From assembly GCA_003344405.1 (NCBI GenBank), contig NOWV01000003.1:372001-436000 (forward strand): DNA of 64,000 bases, given 5' to 3'. Origin of the DNA: Trichoplax sp. H2. Its lineage: Eukaryota. The notes beneath the pieces are model-generated. The model was given only the letters and a program-made list of their open reading frames with translations, was not told where the DNA came from and made no database searches. The position numbers and the translations under genes are program-made. Below, one piece after another: positions 40,924 to 56,100 of this stretch; within the stretch, counting starts at the first letter, position 1, and each line of letters begins with the position of its first letter.

Positions 40924-41030
40924 CAAGGACTACAGAAGAAAAAGTTAAAATGACCAGCAAAAAAGTTGGCCCTGACATTTTTGTCGGTGAAAAGTTGCTT
41001 CTTGCCCCTCTCTTTCTTCAGTAGTCCCTG
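40924..41030. mobile_element. Miniature inverted-repeat element (~107 bp) of the CANGGACTAC family
   Basis: Ends caaGGACTACaGAAGAAA ... TTTCTTCaGTAGTCCctg. The left end matches 1200-1225 (catggactactagaagaaaagttaaa); flanks are ataatac / tcaatac. Confidence 0.55.
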
Positions 41031-44000
41031 TCAATACTAGCCTTTGTAATAAATATAATCAATTAAAAACTAAGCCATACAACTCACAGCTTGCTACATC
41101 GTATAATTATAGTAATAAGAAAAAGTATTAGTTAGTACTAACAGTTCTTTCCCTGATAAATGCAACTCATGCTGGAAACTGTCCAACCGTCGTTGCTAAG
41201 ACCGCAAATAGTCCCCATTTCAATTTGGGCTAAGCTGCTGCATAGATAAGGAGCAATAAATATTACAAAAATCTGAGATGTAATATTGATATATTAAGAA
41301 AATACAAATAAAATAATTTACGATAAGATGTAATAAAGGCGAATCAAAATATTTCTCTAATCTTCACTATACAGTATTAACTATGATACAATAAAAATTT
41401 ACTGAATTTGATAAAAATGAGGGCAAAAACGAGAACATTTATAAGTAATGAGATACATCCAATTTTTATCGATTTTAATTGGTGCAAACACATGCAAAAA
41501 ACTATAATCATTAATTGTTATCAATTTATCACTTCAACGAATAACGTGTTTTTTAATCGTCTTATCTTACCAAGAAAAATTATTACGGTCTTAATGAACT
41601 ATCACTATCAAACTATGGTATATTTAGCACCCGTTACCATGATATTTAAGTAATCACTACTATTTTAAAAATATGCTACTATTGTAATAGGTTTCAAACG
41701 TATTATCCCCCTGCTAATTATATTCAGATCAATTAGCGTTTTATGTTATTACTCATCGTTGTTTATATTTGATGTGTTCGTGAGTTTCTATGTTGATTTC
41801 AGCCTTTGCAGTGATCCAGCCTTCTATTTTGTGCTTTAATTTTAAATCAATTTTATACATTAATATTCGTAATTATTTCCGTAGGGTAAAAACTTTAAAC
41901 TATCTTCAGTGTATAGTACATACTAGCCTATCACTTAAAATTATTTTTCAATTCTATTGTCTAATCTTGTATTCACCTAAACCCTTATTCATGATTAAGT
42001 AATCCTAGACTTAAATTGTAATTTTAATATTACGGTTTTATTAGAAACTTTTCTTCGGTCAATTTGTAATTGGTATTCGCATTCATTGTATCTCATTAAC
42101 ATTAATAATTCTAATATTTCTTAAACAATTAGTATCAGCACTGCTAAAGATAGCTGTCGAATACTGTTAATTATAATAAGTATGTCTGTTACGGCCAATG
42201 GTAGCAATCAAGCCATTGCTGGTGTTAGCAAATCAGTTAGCCATTACCGGTAATTCTGTAATCCCAACATTGGCCATAACATATCCATAACTAAGTCTGT
42301 AGTAAAAATATCTACATGAATACTAATACCGTAGAAAGGAGATGTTAAAATCTATGATCCAGGAAATTTATCGCTTACAGACGTCGGATAATACTAGATA
42401 TAAGCAGATTTATGCTCAATGCTTCAGTAACTTTAAGAAATACAAGTAAATTACCGGTAAGATGACAGTATTAGTTTTGATTATACCGTGTAAAATAACA
42501 AGCGCGATAGAGCCGCCAATACTTATATTGTTATGCCGTGGTCATATATTAGAATACTCATAGACTTTCCTACTATGGTCCCATAACCTAAATCGTAAGA
42601 GAAATTCGAAAGTCATAACGCTAGTTATAACTATGATAATAAATTAGCCTATACTAGCCGTTTATCTAATATAAGAGGATCTATTTTATCTATCTCAAGA
42701 TCCCATTTAGGAGCGATGTAATTAACAGACATGACGAATAAGAAAATTAATATATCGATTTTACGTTTCATACCTTTAAATTACCTTAGAATGAAATATA
42801 TAATAAGAGATTTAGGCGTAATCAACGTTTTGATCTAGATAGTTGGGCAGTTACTACGAGACTAAATTTAATTAGTCCTTGAGAAATCCAATCAAGCAGC
42901 TGTAATAAATTTACAGGATATGAATAGCCGAGACGAAATTTTAGCTTTCATCGATAAGTTTGTAGTAATTTACGTGAATACCGCATTTGTAATGTAGCTG
43001 TATTGCCTACTGTATAGGACAATACATGTCGTATTTAGCTTTGATCTAAACCTCGTAGAAGTGAATACAATGGTGTCTATAAAGACTTCCCTAGATGTTC
43101 TAATCTTAGTAGACTGATATCTAGGTTGACAATAACTAACTATAACAGAAAGACAGAAATACTTGTTACGAGAAGCAGTTAGCATTACGTAACGGTCAAT
43201 ATGATTAAGACCACCCCATCACCTTTCAAGATAATCGTTTAGCATCCTCTATACCACTAATTTAGCAAACAGTAATACACTTGTCCTGCAATCTATTATC
43301 TATAAAATATCGTCATACAATTTCTAATCATTCTGATAATTTGCTATATTGGTTGAACCGTTTACCTATTTCATTTAAACATGTTGCTCGTTACACTACT
43401 CCATTAAAATTGATAACGTAAGCTGATTTAGCATGTATAGTATTAGAATAATCTGAATCACATAGGCGGTGCCTAGAAGTACAGCAGGCCTACTAAGTGT
43501 GAATATGCAAAGGTATGCGCAAGTTTGATGCTAACTGGAAATTAGTAAGATAAATGTACAGTACAGGGAAGCGACGGCATCATTTACGGTTACTGAGTGA
43601 ATAAGCAACCAAGTTAACGGAAGAATATCTAATAGACCATTAATATCGAATAATAGATCATTAATGGATTACCGTACTAACAAGAAAATAGGGTATAGAT
43701 AGAAAGTTGCAGTAAAATACTGCAGTATTGCAGCTTATCAAATATGACAGAATTATCCTCGAGAGTCATTTCAAATAAGCAGAAAGACTATCATAACATG
43801 AATTATTAATGATTTTTTGACTATATAAAAAGATTGGCCAATGTTTTACAATAAGAATGATCAAGTAATAGTAACGAAAAGAAATATGCGCCTAAAAATA
43901 ATTTCTGCACCAGTAAGTGAGTTTTAGACCATAGAGTATAGGATGAATTTATACCTGCACAGGAAACAATTTTCTGTCAGGCCAGCTTTTGCAATTATTA

Positions 44001-47000
44001 ATTATTTCTGACAAATCATAAGGACAAACATTAAATAAAACTGGATTATGTTTACACCTACATAAGCTCTCTCACGGTCGAATACACATCACCCTTTTTA
44101 GTCATACACGCAGCGCAAATAAAGTTACAATTTTGTCTAATAAGAATACACAGTCAATTAAGACGACTGGTATTTTACTGTTATTATAGTACCTCCTGAA
44201 ATCCTTTGATATAAGTTTATTATTGTGCTTGTAAGCCTTATTTATTAGCATACATTTGCGAAAATAAAGATTCAAAAATGGAGATCGATTCAAGTCATAA
44301 TTTTATGTAGTACTTGCTTGCTTTACATGTGAGCATACATTACTTTCTGTAAAATTGCATGTTCAACCCTCAAGTGCTAAGTATGCGTAAGGTCTGGAGT
44401 GGAGTTTAATTCCTGTTCATTTAAATATATACTAGTGCAAACTCCCGTCGCTTTGCTGACGGTTTACGATAATGTGCTCATTTAAGAGATAGTATTACCA
44501 TTTGATAGACCTGTCAGATTTCAATATTGTGCAGTAAATCTTATAACATTGAAATTCATAAGATTCGAAGCGCTAGGAAATAATTATGGTACACTCTAAT
44601 ACGTTACAATAAGTGCCTATTAGATCCTGGCAGTGCCGTACCCTGAAAATCATGATTGAATTAAAGTTTTAAGATATAAATTCTAGAAAACTTCGATCGA
44701 CAAGATAGAGCGGATTTAATAATTACAGTATCACGGCAATATCTAATTGTATAGTAAGTATTGCTTAGCAGTAGACAAAAACATTATTTATAAATTGTTT
44801 ATCGATGATTTTATGATCAGCGAAAACCCTTAAATATTATGTAGTATTATGGTCGTTAGTGATTTAACTATAATAAATTAATATGAATTGGTAAATCTAA
44901 GATTGCTATATCTTTACCTAATATGAACATAGTTGGATAATAATCAACTTCGTAATCGTATATAGAAAAGGTTATATTTTGGTTTAACATAAACTATCCA
45001 TGGTGTCCAAATTCAATTACACTCGTGATTGATAAAGCATTTGGAAAAATAAAAGCAAAAACATTACTTGTTTTGCTACGTAAGTGTTTAAATTTGTTCC
45101 TTGATTTTGTTGTACAGTGAAGAATTAAAAAAATTCTATAGATAAAACAACATCTGATTGTCGGTTTGAAAAGCAAAACAACGACTTTATGATTTACATG
45201 TTCGTTCATTTCCTTGATGTTAATGATCGGCCCTATTCGTCTTTCTCACATTACTTTAACATCTTGCACCTTTTAATTGTTAGTATTTAGATTATATATT
45301 ATTTAATAATGTTTTCTACTATTGAACGATATGCAATTCAATTTGCTATCAATAGCGATTTTTAAAGTTTTGATTAAATAGGAATTAGTAATTAAATAAT
45401 ACGAGTTATAAGGAAATAGCCTGAATAAGACAATATTGGGCAGTGGATAACGAGAAATAATTGTAATATAAATTTATTTGCCATACTGTCTGATAAGTAT
45501 TTTTGTCGTTTATACGTAACTGATATTCGATGCATTATCGTATTTCGGATAAACTATTAGATTTGACTTTAGTTAAGCATCACTCACGATGAACAGCTAA
45601 TTAGCACTAGAGTTTTTGCTACTCTTATTTGATATTGCCATATTTTAATCTAGGTTACGGCTGCATGAAACAATTGAGAATGCCTAGGATAGGAACGATA
45701 ATACACGTCTTATTATTCTTATTGTTTGATTTTCTGATTGATCATCTGTAGCTTGATTGAATATGCTCTACATAGCAACAGAATAAATCAAAATACGCTT
45801 ACGCTAATGTACCAGAACAATTCGATAAGGTTGCGTATCTTATATTAATAATTATATCAGCCGGAAAGATAGAAACACTGGACATAAACTTCATTATCTA
45901 ATACCGCTATTTCTTGCAATAAATTTCTAGGTTCCTTTCACTTCTTTGCGTCATCTTTTTTTAGCAATATGAAGTAATACACTAATACAACCGCTGATTA
46001 GCTATTATTTGGTTGTTGTTCAACTTACTATTGTCCTATTGTTATCTTGAAATGTGTCGAAATGCTACGCTAATTTTTTACGGCTGGACAACTTTCACTT
46101 TATTTACTCGTTAACTTGATCATGTTAGCAGGGCATTTGTCAAGCGTTACAAGCATGATACTGGGAATACTCTTAGACCTCTATCCAGGATAAGTTTATT
46201 GTTAATATGATAAAATGACAGATTGTCGGAATAGTTGAATTACTATTTTTGCTGGTTATGATTAGGTGATTTGCTCCCTGTGGTGGTTAGTCAATCAACA
46301 TCAATCAATAACTCTATTTGATCTTCATCTATGCTATAGAAAATGTCGATGAAAGACTGTGATGTCCATTAGTACACCCTGTGATGCTATTGATTGCTAT
46401 TATTGGTAAGAGGAAGAAGAGAGCGGTTTTAGTCTATAATTATTACAACGTAACCATGTGAAAATAAAATTTCAAGAGTAAAAATTTATCAGAATAGCCA
46501 AATAGCTATTGTCATTCATTATCCTTTGTTAAAATAACTAAATTACCTTTATCCGTTTTAATTACTCTTTTTCTTCTGTTTGCATTAGACATCATGCCAA
46601 TCATCATTATTAATTAAACAGTAGGATTAAGTTTTATCCCAGTTACGTAACGAAATCAAAAATTAACATTTTTCCCCTTCTTTCTACTCATAACCACTGA
46701 AATAAATAGACTTAAATGATCATCTGTTCTCATCATTTCAACTACTCATTTTCCAGAGACAAGCTATAATCTCTCCGATAGTAACAAGCTAATATTTATT
46801 TTTACGTTTTCTTAGCTACTTTTTGTTCGTCTAAGATTATATATCAGGATTACTTAATCTTCTATCAAGATTTAATTTGCACCTTATTCCCGTGAAGTAA
46901 CGAAGCTACATCCTTCATCTTAATCGGTTGATCTGTCATTTACCGTACTATTTAATTTAAAAAGGAAAATCTAATATAATAGAAATTTGGTGAGTGAGAA

Positions 47001-48144
47001 TAAGTATGTGTGCTAAATCTGAAGGAAATTTTCTTGAAATTGCATCATCGGAATTGTATTTATTGCTCAGTTATTACTGTATTTTTTTTATCGCTCTTTA
47101 AATTTGATTAAACAAACCTATCTGTAAGTACCATCCATATCAAGATAAATTATATCTTTGAACGTAGCTTGATTCGATGAGGGCTACTTTCATTTTTTAC
47201 CCTTTATTCCTGGTCACCCAAGATCAAAACGCGTTTTTAATCTATGTACTGAATAAAATTTGCTTACTTCTTTTCTAATCACTTAATGATGTCCAGTCAT
47301 AGCAATGATAAATATTGAAGATACCTTCCTTGTAACCTCTGATTTATGCAAAGTTGATCGAACGTAATCTCTGAAATAAGGGATATGTATGGTAACACAA
47401 GGGTGATCGGCAACAGAAACTGTTAAATGTAAATATTTTAATAGTCAAACTGTTACTTACATCAATGCTTAACCTATTGTAATACAATTCTCTATTTCTA
47501 TTTTGAATTTACTTACTACGAACAACATCGTAATAGTTGGGTAGTCCGTTACCCCTAATGAGCCGTATTATCTTGTTATTGAGTTCATTCAAGCTTATCC
47601 GATAAAATGAGTGTTAATTTATTTTCTTAGATTCCATCAATTTCTTATTATGCATTGAGATTATTATATTACGTCCATCATACTATTTACCAATACGCAC
47701 CGGACTATATTATATATTAAATTGAGTAAACATGGAAAAAGATTACTACTAACATGTTAAAATTTCGTTCGGATTGGTAACCCCTGTCAATATAAACTAC
47801 ACGTAGTTTCCAGTATAGTCTGAATTATAAAAAATCGAATATTTTCTTGATTTTATTTCTGGCTAAAGCGCATTAAATGAGAGCTCATTTGTATGTAAAC
47901 TTATGATTCAATTTCGAGAAATATTGAGTCTTCGCAATTTTCTTCATTTTTACGCCCAATTTGTAGGGTAATTATCGTAGCTATTTCTTATACAGTTGTG
48001 TTGTATCTCTGTATTCCTTTACATATGATTAAAGTGAGTACCGTACTTGGTATAATACTGTACAATAGTATATTGGTGTAATAAAACTTACTCGTTATCT
48101 TATTTCTGACTGCTAGCTACGAGCCCATACATAACTGGATCATC

Positions 48145-51100
48145 ATGTTACAGCCAGTACCTTCCAGTCAAATTTTAAATGCGCCATTCGCTGGTTGGAA
48201 TGTCGTCGACTCGGCTACGGCTGCCGCTGTAGCCAATAACATATATCCATTCAATAGCAAATCGCAATCACAACATCTCAATATGAATAAAAGTAGTAAC
48301 GGCAATAGTAGTACCGAGGGCAAAACATCCCTCAATAACCATAATAATAGTCTTTCGATGACTCCTTCGTGTAGTACAAATAACAGTCAGAACGTTACAA
48401 CTAATGTTGATAGCAGCAATGCTAATATTAGAAGTGGCACCACTAACAACGGTGATTGCAATAGCATTAACCATAACAACACTCACCGTTACAACCAGGG
48501 TACTTGTAGCTATCAAGACGGGCATAACATTTCCAGACGTCAGAATGGGCAAAGCTTAACATTACCACCTTCGAACCATTTTAACAAATCGCAAACACCC
48601 ATCTACGTCCCACCGAATAGTATCCGCAGTCATGCAAGCCTCTATGGAGCATGGAGCGTACTCCATCAAAGTCGATCCCTAGATTTTAGTAGTCCAATGT
48701 TCAATATGTGGTATCCAAAATATAGCCTTGAGTCTACACCTCATTCTTCGATGTATACGGCCAACTATCCAAGTGGATTTACTACAGTAACACCTAGTAA
48801 TCATCCATTAACGACAACATGTTCGGTCCCATCTGCAAGTGGATTGCAACATTGGATGGAAACTAACAATTCAACGCACACTCGTTCGCAGCATTCGGCA
48901 CATTCGTCTGTATCACCTGGATCACCATCAGCTATCCATGATGCAAGCTTTTCACATCGACACAATGATAATAAGAAGAAGATAAAGAATGGTAATGCAA
49001 CTAAAGGTGAGCAAATTTATTCGAAATGAAAACAACAGCAGATGGCAAATTGATTACTGATGTTCGCTAATCTTTATATAAATAGTCACTAGCTACCCAG
49101 TGTATATTTAGCTATCGACATGTACGGCATATGACTATATCGGTTTACAGCTATTCGATGATTAATAGTCGATCCTCGTTCGTTATACTTCGCGTGCAAT
49201 GACTGTACTTATACCTACTACTAATAATATAATTAAATTGTATGTATGCGATTAGATATTTTTAATCCGAATTTACAGTTACATTAGTATACTGAATAAC
49301 GCACAGCTGTAAAACAGGCCTGCCATTTCATAGTGGGTGCCTGCAGAACTGTACTTACAGTTCATACTGTAGTTATGAGAAAACGCTAACATTCAGCTAA
49401 ATTCTCAAACTTATGTACTTTTTTATTCTAAGTGTAGGTTAGATTTAAGTCACTTATTAGATAGTTATACAAGTATACGTATCATAGACACCTTTGTGCA
49501 AAAACTCATCGCAAGTTAGCCAGGTAGCATGAAGAAAGTCATAATGCTACCGATGCCAGCTCAGCTTTTCGTCGCTTTATAGCTTCATACTTGCAGCACG
49601 ACGGAATTGTGAACATTTCATTGTTCTATAGCGTTCTTTACATGTTAATACTTTCTAACAACTTTACTTTTCTGTTTGATGTTATTCATTATTTTATCTT
49701 TCAGAGATTTACAGAGTGAGAATTTAGTTCTATAATTAATAAATTGTAGCTAACAATAAACAAAGTGTGCCATTGAGTACTTTCAAGTAGTATCCTAGTT
49801 CTAATCAAGTACAGTAATCCTGTCCATTCAGTTGGGTTACTAAATTTTCCTTTCGATACTTTAAATACCAAATTTAATAATGGTTTATTCATAATACAGT
49901 TCTCTATAGGCTTCTAAAAATATAACATTTATACGGTCCATCGTGACTGCTCCAATGAGCTGATTACTCGTTATTAATGAAAATGGTTATATTAGCGGAC
50001 GGGAATAATATAAAATTTAGATGTTATATTACTCATTTTAGAATAAATTACTTTCCATATTACGTTATATTATAAACTTTCATAGCAGTCATTAATGCTA
50101 AACTATTTATTATTTACCATAGTATTCTACTCTCGATGTCCTACATATCCAAAAAGCTGTGCTGTACTTATGTTGATACGTTTACTTTGCAATATTTTTT
50201 CTTATTTCTTTTAACTAATTGAATAATTTAATAGGGACAAGAGCTTGTGCTAATTGCGGTGTGATTTCTACGCCATTATGGCGTCGTGATGGCAGTGGAC
50301 AATATCTTTGTAATGCTTGTGGTCTTTATCATAAGATTAATGGGGTTAATAGACCGTTAGTAAAACCAAACAAAAGATTGGTAAGAGTCTTTTAACCTTG
50401 ATAAATTTGGTTAATAGCATTAGTTTAGCAATAGCTTTAGTTTGTATTTCAACTCATATAATTTCACTATTTATCATTGTTGCTTAGTCAGTGAAGCTTC
50501 TGTTACCATAAGATTAATAATTACAGGTTATATAGTATTATAACTTCGTAATTGAGGCAAATTTTATTTGTAACTTCAGTTACATACTCAGTAAACTCAT
50601 ATTAAGGGATATTCCTACCACAAATTGGGCAAATAAATGCTTTTCAATATTAGTTTAAATGTGCGTCTCATGTAGGGCTAAAAAATTTGAAAATACTAGT
50701 GTTAATCTAATTATAGCTGAATCTGACCCTAGGTTCATATTGATTTCTACAGTCGTTAGCTCTGTACTATTACGTTTATTATAAAGAGATGTGTTGCCTA
50801 TTTACAAAATTAAAATATCGACAATTTACAAACATAGGATAATCTTCGTTAAGAGTTGTTATACTTTACATTTTACTTTGTTGAGAGATTCTAACCAATC
50901 CCGTAATGTTTACTGCATTGGACTTTAAGATCTACCTTGACAGCAATTAAATGGACTTAACTATTATCGATAAACAATCAATACTTGATTGCAAATTTCA
51001 GAACTACAACTACATAAAGAATCATGATTATACTTCTGCAATAGCCTGTCTCTATAGGAAAGCGCGGTTATCGTACTGATACGAGTATAGTTCTTGGATA

Positions 51101-53177
51101 TTGATTATATATCCATTAATCTGTTCATTTATTTGTGGATACATAATGTTGACCTAATTTAGACTCAGTTTTCGTGTTTGAGATGTTTCTAAAATCCAAT
51201 ATACGTTAAATCACTCCCGAAGCTACGAAGTTGACTAAATCGTCATACGCTATTGCAATGTTATTCATGGCTATACTGCAATATCCCTATAATCAAAATC
51301 AATTAGTAACTTGAAAGTAGCATTGTTTTCTAGTCTATGAGGATATATTTCATTATCAAACACAGCATTTAATATATCTTGACTTTCTTATCTTATCAAG
51401 TTAGTTCCATTAGAAACTTATTGTGAAGAAGTATATTACATGCAGTAAAAGTAGTAAGTATAATCAATCTTTTATTAGAAATCTTGGCGACAGCTTGTGA
51501 ATTATTTTCAGAATTTTTGATGATCGTTTCTATAGAAAACTCTTCAGTTGATCTTGCATAACTATTACCTGTATGAGTCAGTAACTTTGACCCATCAAGA
51601 AAAGTGCTATGGATTCTCTTTAATAATTACTGTATATATATATATATATTACTGTACTGTATGCTTACAAGCAGGCAAACATTACTTAGTTGTAGCAATG
51701 CTACTTAAGTAATTCTATTCTACTGTATTTGAGATTGTATTTCACATAAGTATCCTTATAATAGTTTATATATTCACATAACTATGAGGCCCTTGTAGAA
51801 TAAGTATGATAACTGCTAATAGATAAAAGTGATTCACGATAATCTACTGTAAAAGATCGTAACGATTTCATGGCCTTAAAAGAAAATTTTGATCACCGAC
51901 AGATTGATGAAAATTTACTGGCATCATCGATTAGAGCAAATATTTTGTGAATCATGTCAGCGAAACGTGCATATCTATAATTTATTAAATTGGTTCTATA
52001 TCTACAGATATGTTATCGTATATGAATAGCCTTTTCATTCAATTATTGATCAGTAATTGATTAGAAATTGAGTAGATATATATCATATCGTATATTCTTG
52101 TAGGAATACAAAAATCAAATTTATTCAGTTGTATAATATAGGAGGTACAAAATTCTTTATTATTTTATAATCTGTTAATATATTATATATACATGATTGA
52201 ATAATCATAGAAGATAAATGGTAAAGATAGCAGAGTATATTGCTTGCAAGAGATTTACTAAAATAAAATCAGAAAATCTAGTTTTTACATGACTCGTACG
52301 TGATGTGTTCGAGATAAGTAATGTCTAATAAATAATTACTTTACTTCATTTAATGTAGTCATCCACACGAAGAATGGACTTGATTTGTGCCAATTGTAAC
52401 ACCGATAGAACTACACTATGGAGGAGAAATAAATATGGACAGCCTGTGTGTAATGCTTGTGGCCTATACTTTAAACTTCATGAAGTAAGTGCAATTTCCA
52501 ACAAATAACATAGTGTTGATATTTATATGTTTGTAGTAAGTAGCATAATTAAAATCTACACAGATGTAATTTATGTGTAGTAGTGTGATCATGGTATAGC
52601 AAATTGGGCATATATTGTTATATATGCGTATATTTATACATAATTAATACTTAGTACTACTGTCATATTGAGATATAGTACTGTAGCCAAACATGGTATT
52701 ATGCAGATTAATATATATTTAGAGATAGTATATATAAGATGTATATTCTTTTTACCGCATTGAGGTATATACAACGAGTTAGATAGTACTTTGATGATTA
52801 ATTAGTTCAATAAAGTTTTGTTCATACATAACAATGCAAATCCACGTTCTTGATTAGTATTGTGTCCTATTCGTTGCAGTAATTGAATATAACATCAATC
52901 ATTAATACTAAAGGATATTTTTAATTCGATTTTATTCTAGATAAATCGGCCGATGTCCCTAAAAAAGGAATGGATACAAACTAGGAAAAGAAAACATAAG
53001 ATTAAATCAAAGAAAAAGAATCATATGCCTTTATCGCCTGGATCTAAATCTCTATCTAATACTTCAATTTTTTCCATGGATGAGGATGAGATAGAACATC
53101 AACATTACTCAACTTCAGCACTCTACGCTGAGGAAATAGATAGCAATGACCATGGTACAGAAAAGAACCATTCTTGA
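48145..53177 (+). CDS. GATA: Two-zinc-finger GATA transcription factor; exons 48145-49006, 50235-50380, 52359-52484, 52941-53177
   Basis: ZF1 [43 protein letters not shown]2 [51 protein letters not shown]. Intron positions match vertebrate GATA genes. The true start could lie on an upstream exon. Confidence 0.95.
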
Positions 53178-56100
53178 TCAAGAACTATGTCACAAAAAGC
53201 GCTACCCTGAAGAAATATTAGTTTTGATAAATAATAATCTATTGATACTAAAATCCTTATCTTATATTTCAAACGTAGCTTAAATGGATTGACTCTTGCA
53301 ACGTACATGATCCAGGCCTAAACTATTCTCTATTGCATACTGTCAAATCTTGTACAGTTGCAATATACATAGTTAACTTCGTTGTGGTGCTTAAAAACGA
53401 TCTTTTTCCTATTATTACTAGCTGTGTTATTCTTTTATTCTATCACCTAAGCTACATTTATGAAGGATTAGTTGGTGACAGATTGTGAATAATAATAATA
53501 TTAGAATATTATAGATTAAAAAACTCTTCAATCTACGCCATTAAGCAGGGTAGAATAATACTTTACAATATCTACAGGATTTATCGTGCACATTATAAGA
53601 CGATGTTGTACAGTAAGAGATTAGCATGGTGTGATATTTGATAGTTAGAGATAGTCATATGCAGTTTGTCGCTCAAAATTTTATCTGTTTCTGCCGTTAT
53701 TCATCTATTTAGCTTAAATAAGACGAATAGTGAAGAAAAATCCTCATTATTTGCGGCATTCAATGTTTTATGACTTGCATTTTTCCCTGGAATGTTAAAG
53801 ACTAATAGATAATGGATTGATTAAGAATATATCGCTGAATAAACGGTTATATTAATATTGCTAATAATAATATTTGTATGATATCGTGTACACAGTAGTT
53901 ATCATATACGAATACTAAGATATCTATGGTAAAGTATCCGGCATATTAAACTCGTTCTTTCGAGCCTTACTAGATTACTATTCTGATACTGAACCCTATG
54001 AACAATAATAAAGGTCGTATATTACTACATGATTGTTAAATTATTTGTCTATTGATAACCTGTAATCAAAAGCTGTATTTTAGAGTCCTAAACATATCAT
54101 GGTATTCTACCAAATTTTAGAAGTAGTAGAATAAATTTACTTTCCGCCGAGGATTCCTTTGTTATTTTGTTTAAATTATGTTTGAAGTACCCGTAATTTT
54201 TATTTAGGCTTGGTTATGGATGTAACCGCTCATAAATTTTTCATCGTTGTAATGGAAGTGACATAATTCGTATAATGTTAACTGTGTTTGAGGTTATAGT
54301 GATACTATGAGGGTAATAGCTTTAAATTCGAGATTAAATAGCGCAGCGTTAATAAATAAATTGAAGGACGATATATTTTAAAATACTTCCGTTTTCTATT
54401 AAGCTTTACAAAATATTTTAATGACATAGGACACCTTAAGATTTCATAAGTATTTTTCATTAGCTTAGATGCTAGCTTTCGTAATTGTATACATTGCCGA
54501 TAATAAATATGCGCATTTTATAGATACAATCTTTTTCTTATCGAATGTTGTACAAGGAGCTATCACTTTATGAATGTCTGGTATACGAGTATTTCAGCCT
54601 AGTACTTTACAGCACACCTTGAACAATGTGTTACGCATTAATGATATTAAATTTTAGTAAGTATTAGTAATACTTTTCTGTGCATATACTTATGCATAGA
54701 TATTGCGCAGACTTTGTTATGAATCGGTAATGCATTAGTTCCTGAATTATTGTTAAGAATACAAATTTTATCTAGAGTAGGGTAAATGATCAAATTGCAA
54801 TCTTAGCGTAGCCTACAAGTAAAGCTATATGCTGTGATGGAAAAATTTACAGTATAATAATACAGATTACAGGAATGCAAGCTTTTGTCCCACTCTCTCT
54901 TTTTTATTTCGGACTACTCGATCATACTAATTTTATTATAAATTATCTTATGCAGATCAACGAACCCTAAGTTGACATTAAAATCTTACGAAGGTAAAAT
55001 TGTTTAACCTATTGCAGCTGTACAAATACTTATTCAGGTCTTGTTGATCTAGACTTCTAATGTAAAAATCTCTGAGATAACATTCGCGAAGTCATATCCT
55101 ATAAACCTTCGTAATAGCTGTTATGATGATATGTAACTAATTATTTACATCGGTCTTTATTCCAAAACAATATGGTGATGTAATTCATGATAATAGTGAT
55201 AAAATTCCGTCTTCTTACTAAATTCTTTGTACATACGGTACATTTCGTGGATGTAATTCTTGTGTATGGAAATTTATTATATTTGTTGTTAGTTTAAAAA
55301 ACTGTAAACAATACTTAATCGGCTGTAAAAGTATTTCCTGTAAATGCGTTGGCGTTCACAATCAATTTAAAGATATGTTGACAGATGGAAACTCTTCGGT
55401 TACTTTAAGGGCTTCCTGCAAATATTTTCTGTGGTCAGTGACACAAAACCGGCATCAAATTTTTCGATATTGATACCTAGCTTCCTTTGGTATAATATCT
55501 CTGTCGATTATTTGCTGCATACGTGCATAGGCTAAGTACTGTAATAGTCTCATTTAACCTGATAAATTACGATAATAATGATAGTTACAACAGTCTATCA
55601 AAAATGTGAGTAGAAAGGTGATGTTTGCATCTGTACACTAAAGATTAAAAGCGTAATGCGATTTATTACTTTAAATTTTATAATCAGGGTTATATCCGCG
55701 GATCATCATTGCTTACAAGTCAGCTACATTCGCTACTTGCGCGCAGTACAAAAATGGCGAAACTCATAAAAATCATAGAAAATTGTTGTGAAGTATTTGT
55801 CTGTTAATATGTTTACCATTTAGCACTTAAACTTTGATCAGTGTTATCATCAGTATGATCACTAGCCAATGTTCATGATAATATCATAGAAAAAATTCAG
55901 GTATTATGCTATTAAAGTATCTGTACACAAGAGCATACACATATGTTTAAATCTGACTATAGTTCAACGGTTAAAAGATTCTAAGAAAACAAAAATTCTA
56001 ATTATCATTGTTTCGATACCACGAATGCTGTAATTAGTTTACTACATTGAAGTGATGAAGGATAGTTTTCATATTACAAGAATATTAATAAATAATTACT

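Noticed and set aside
38400..47600. Many WGATAR sites upstream of GATA (autoregulation)
   Set aside because: This hexamer is expected every few hundred bp in AT-rich DNA; enrichment cannot be shown by eye.
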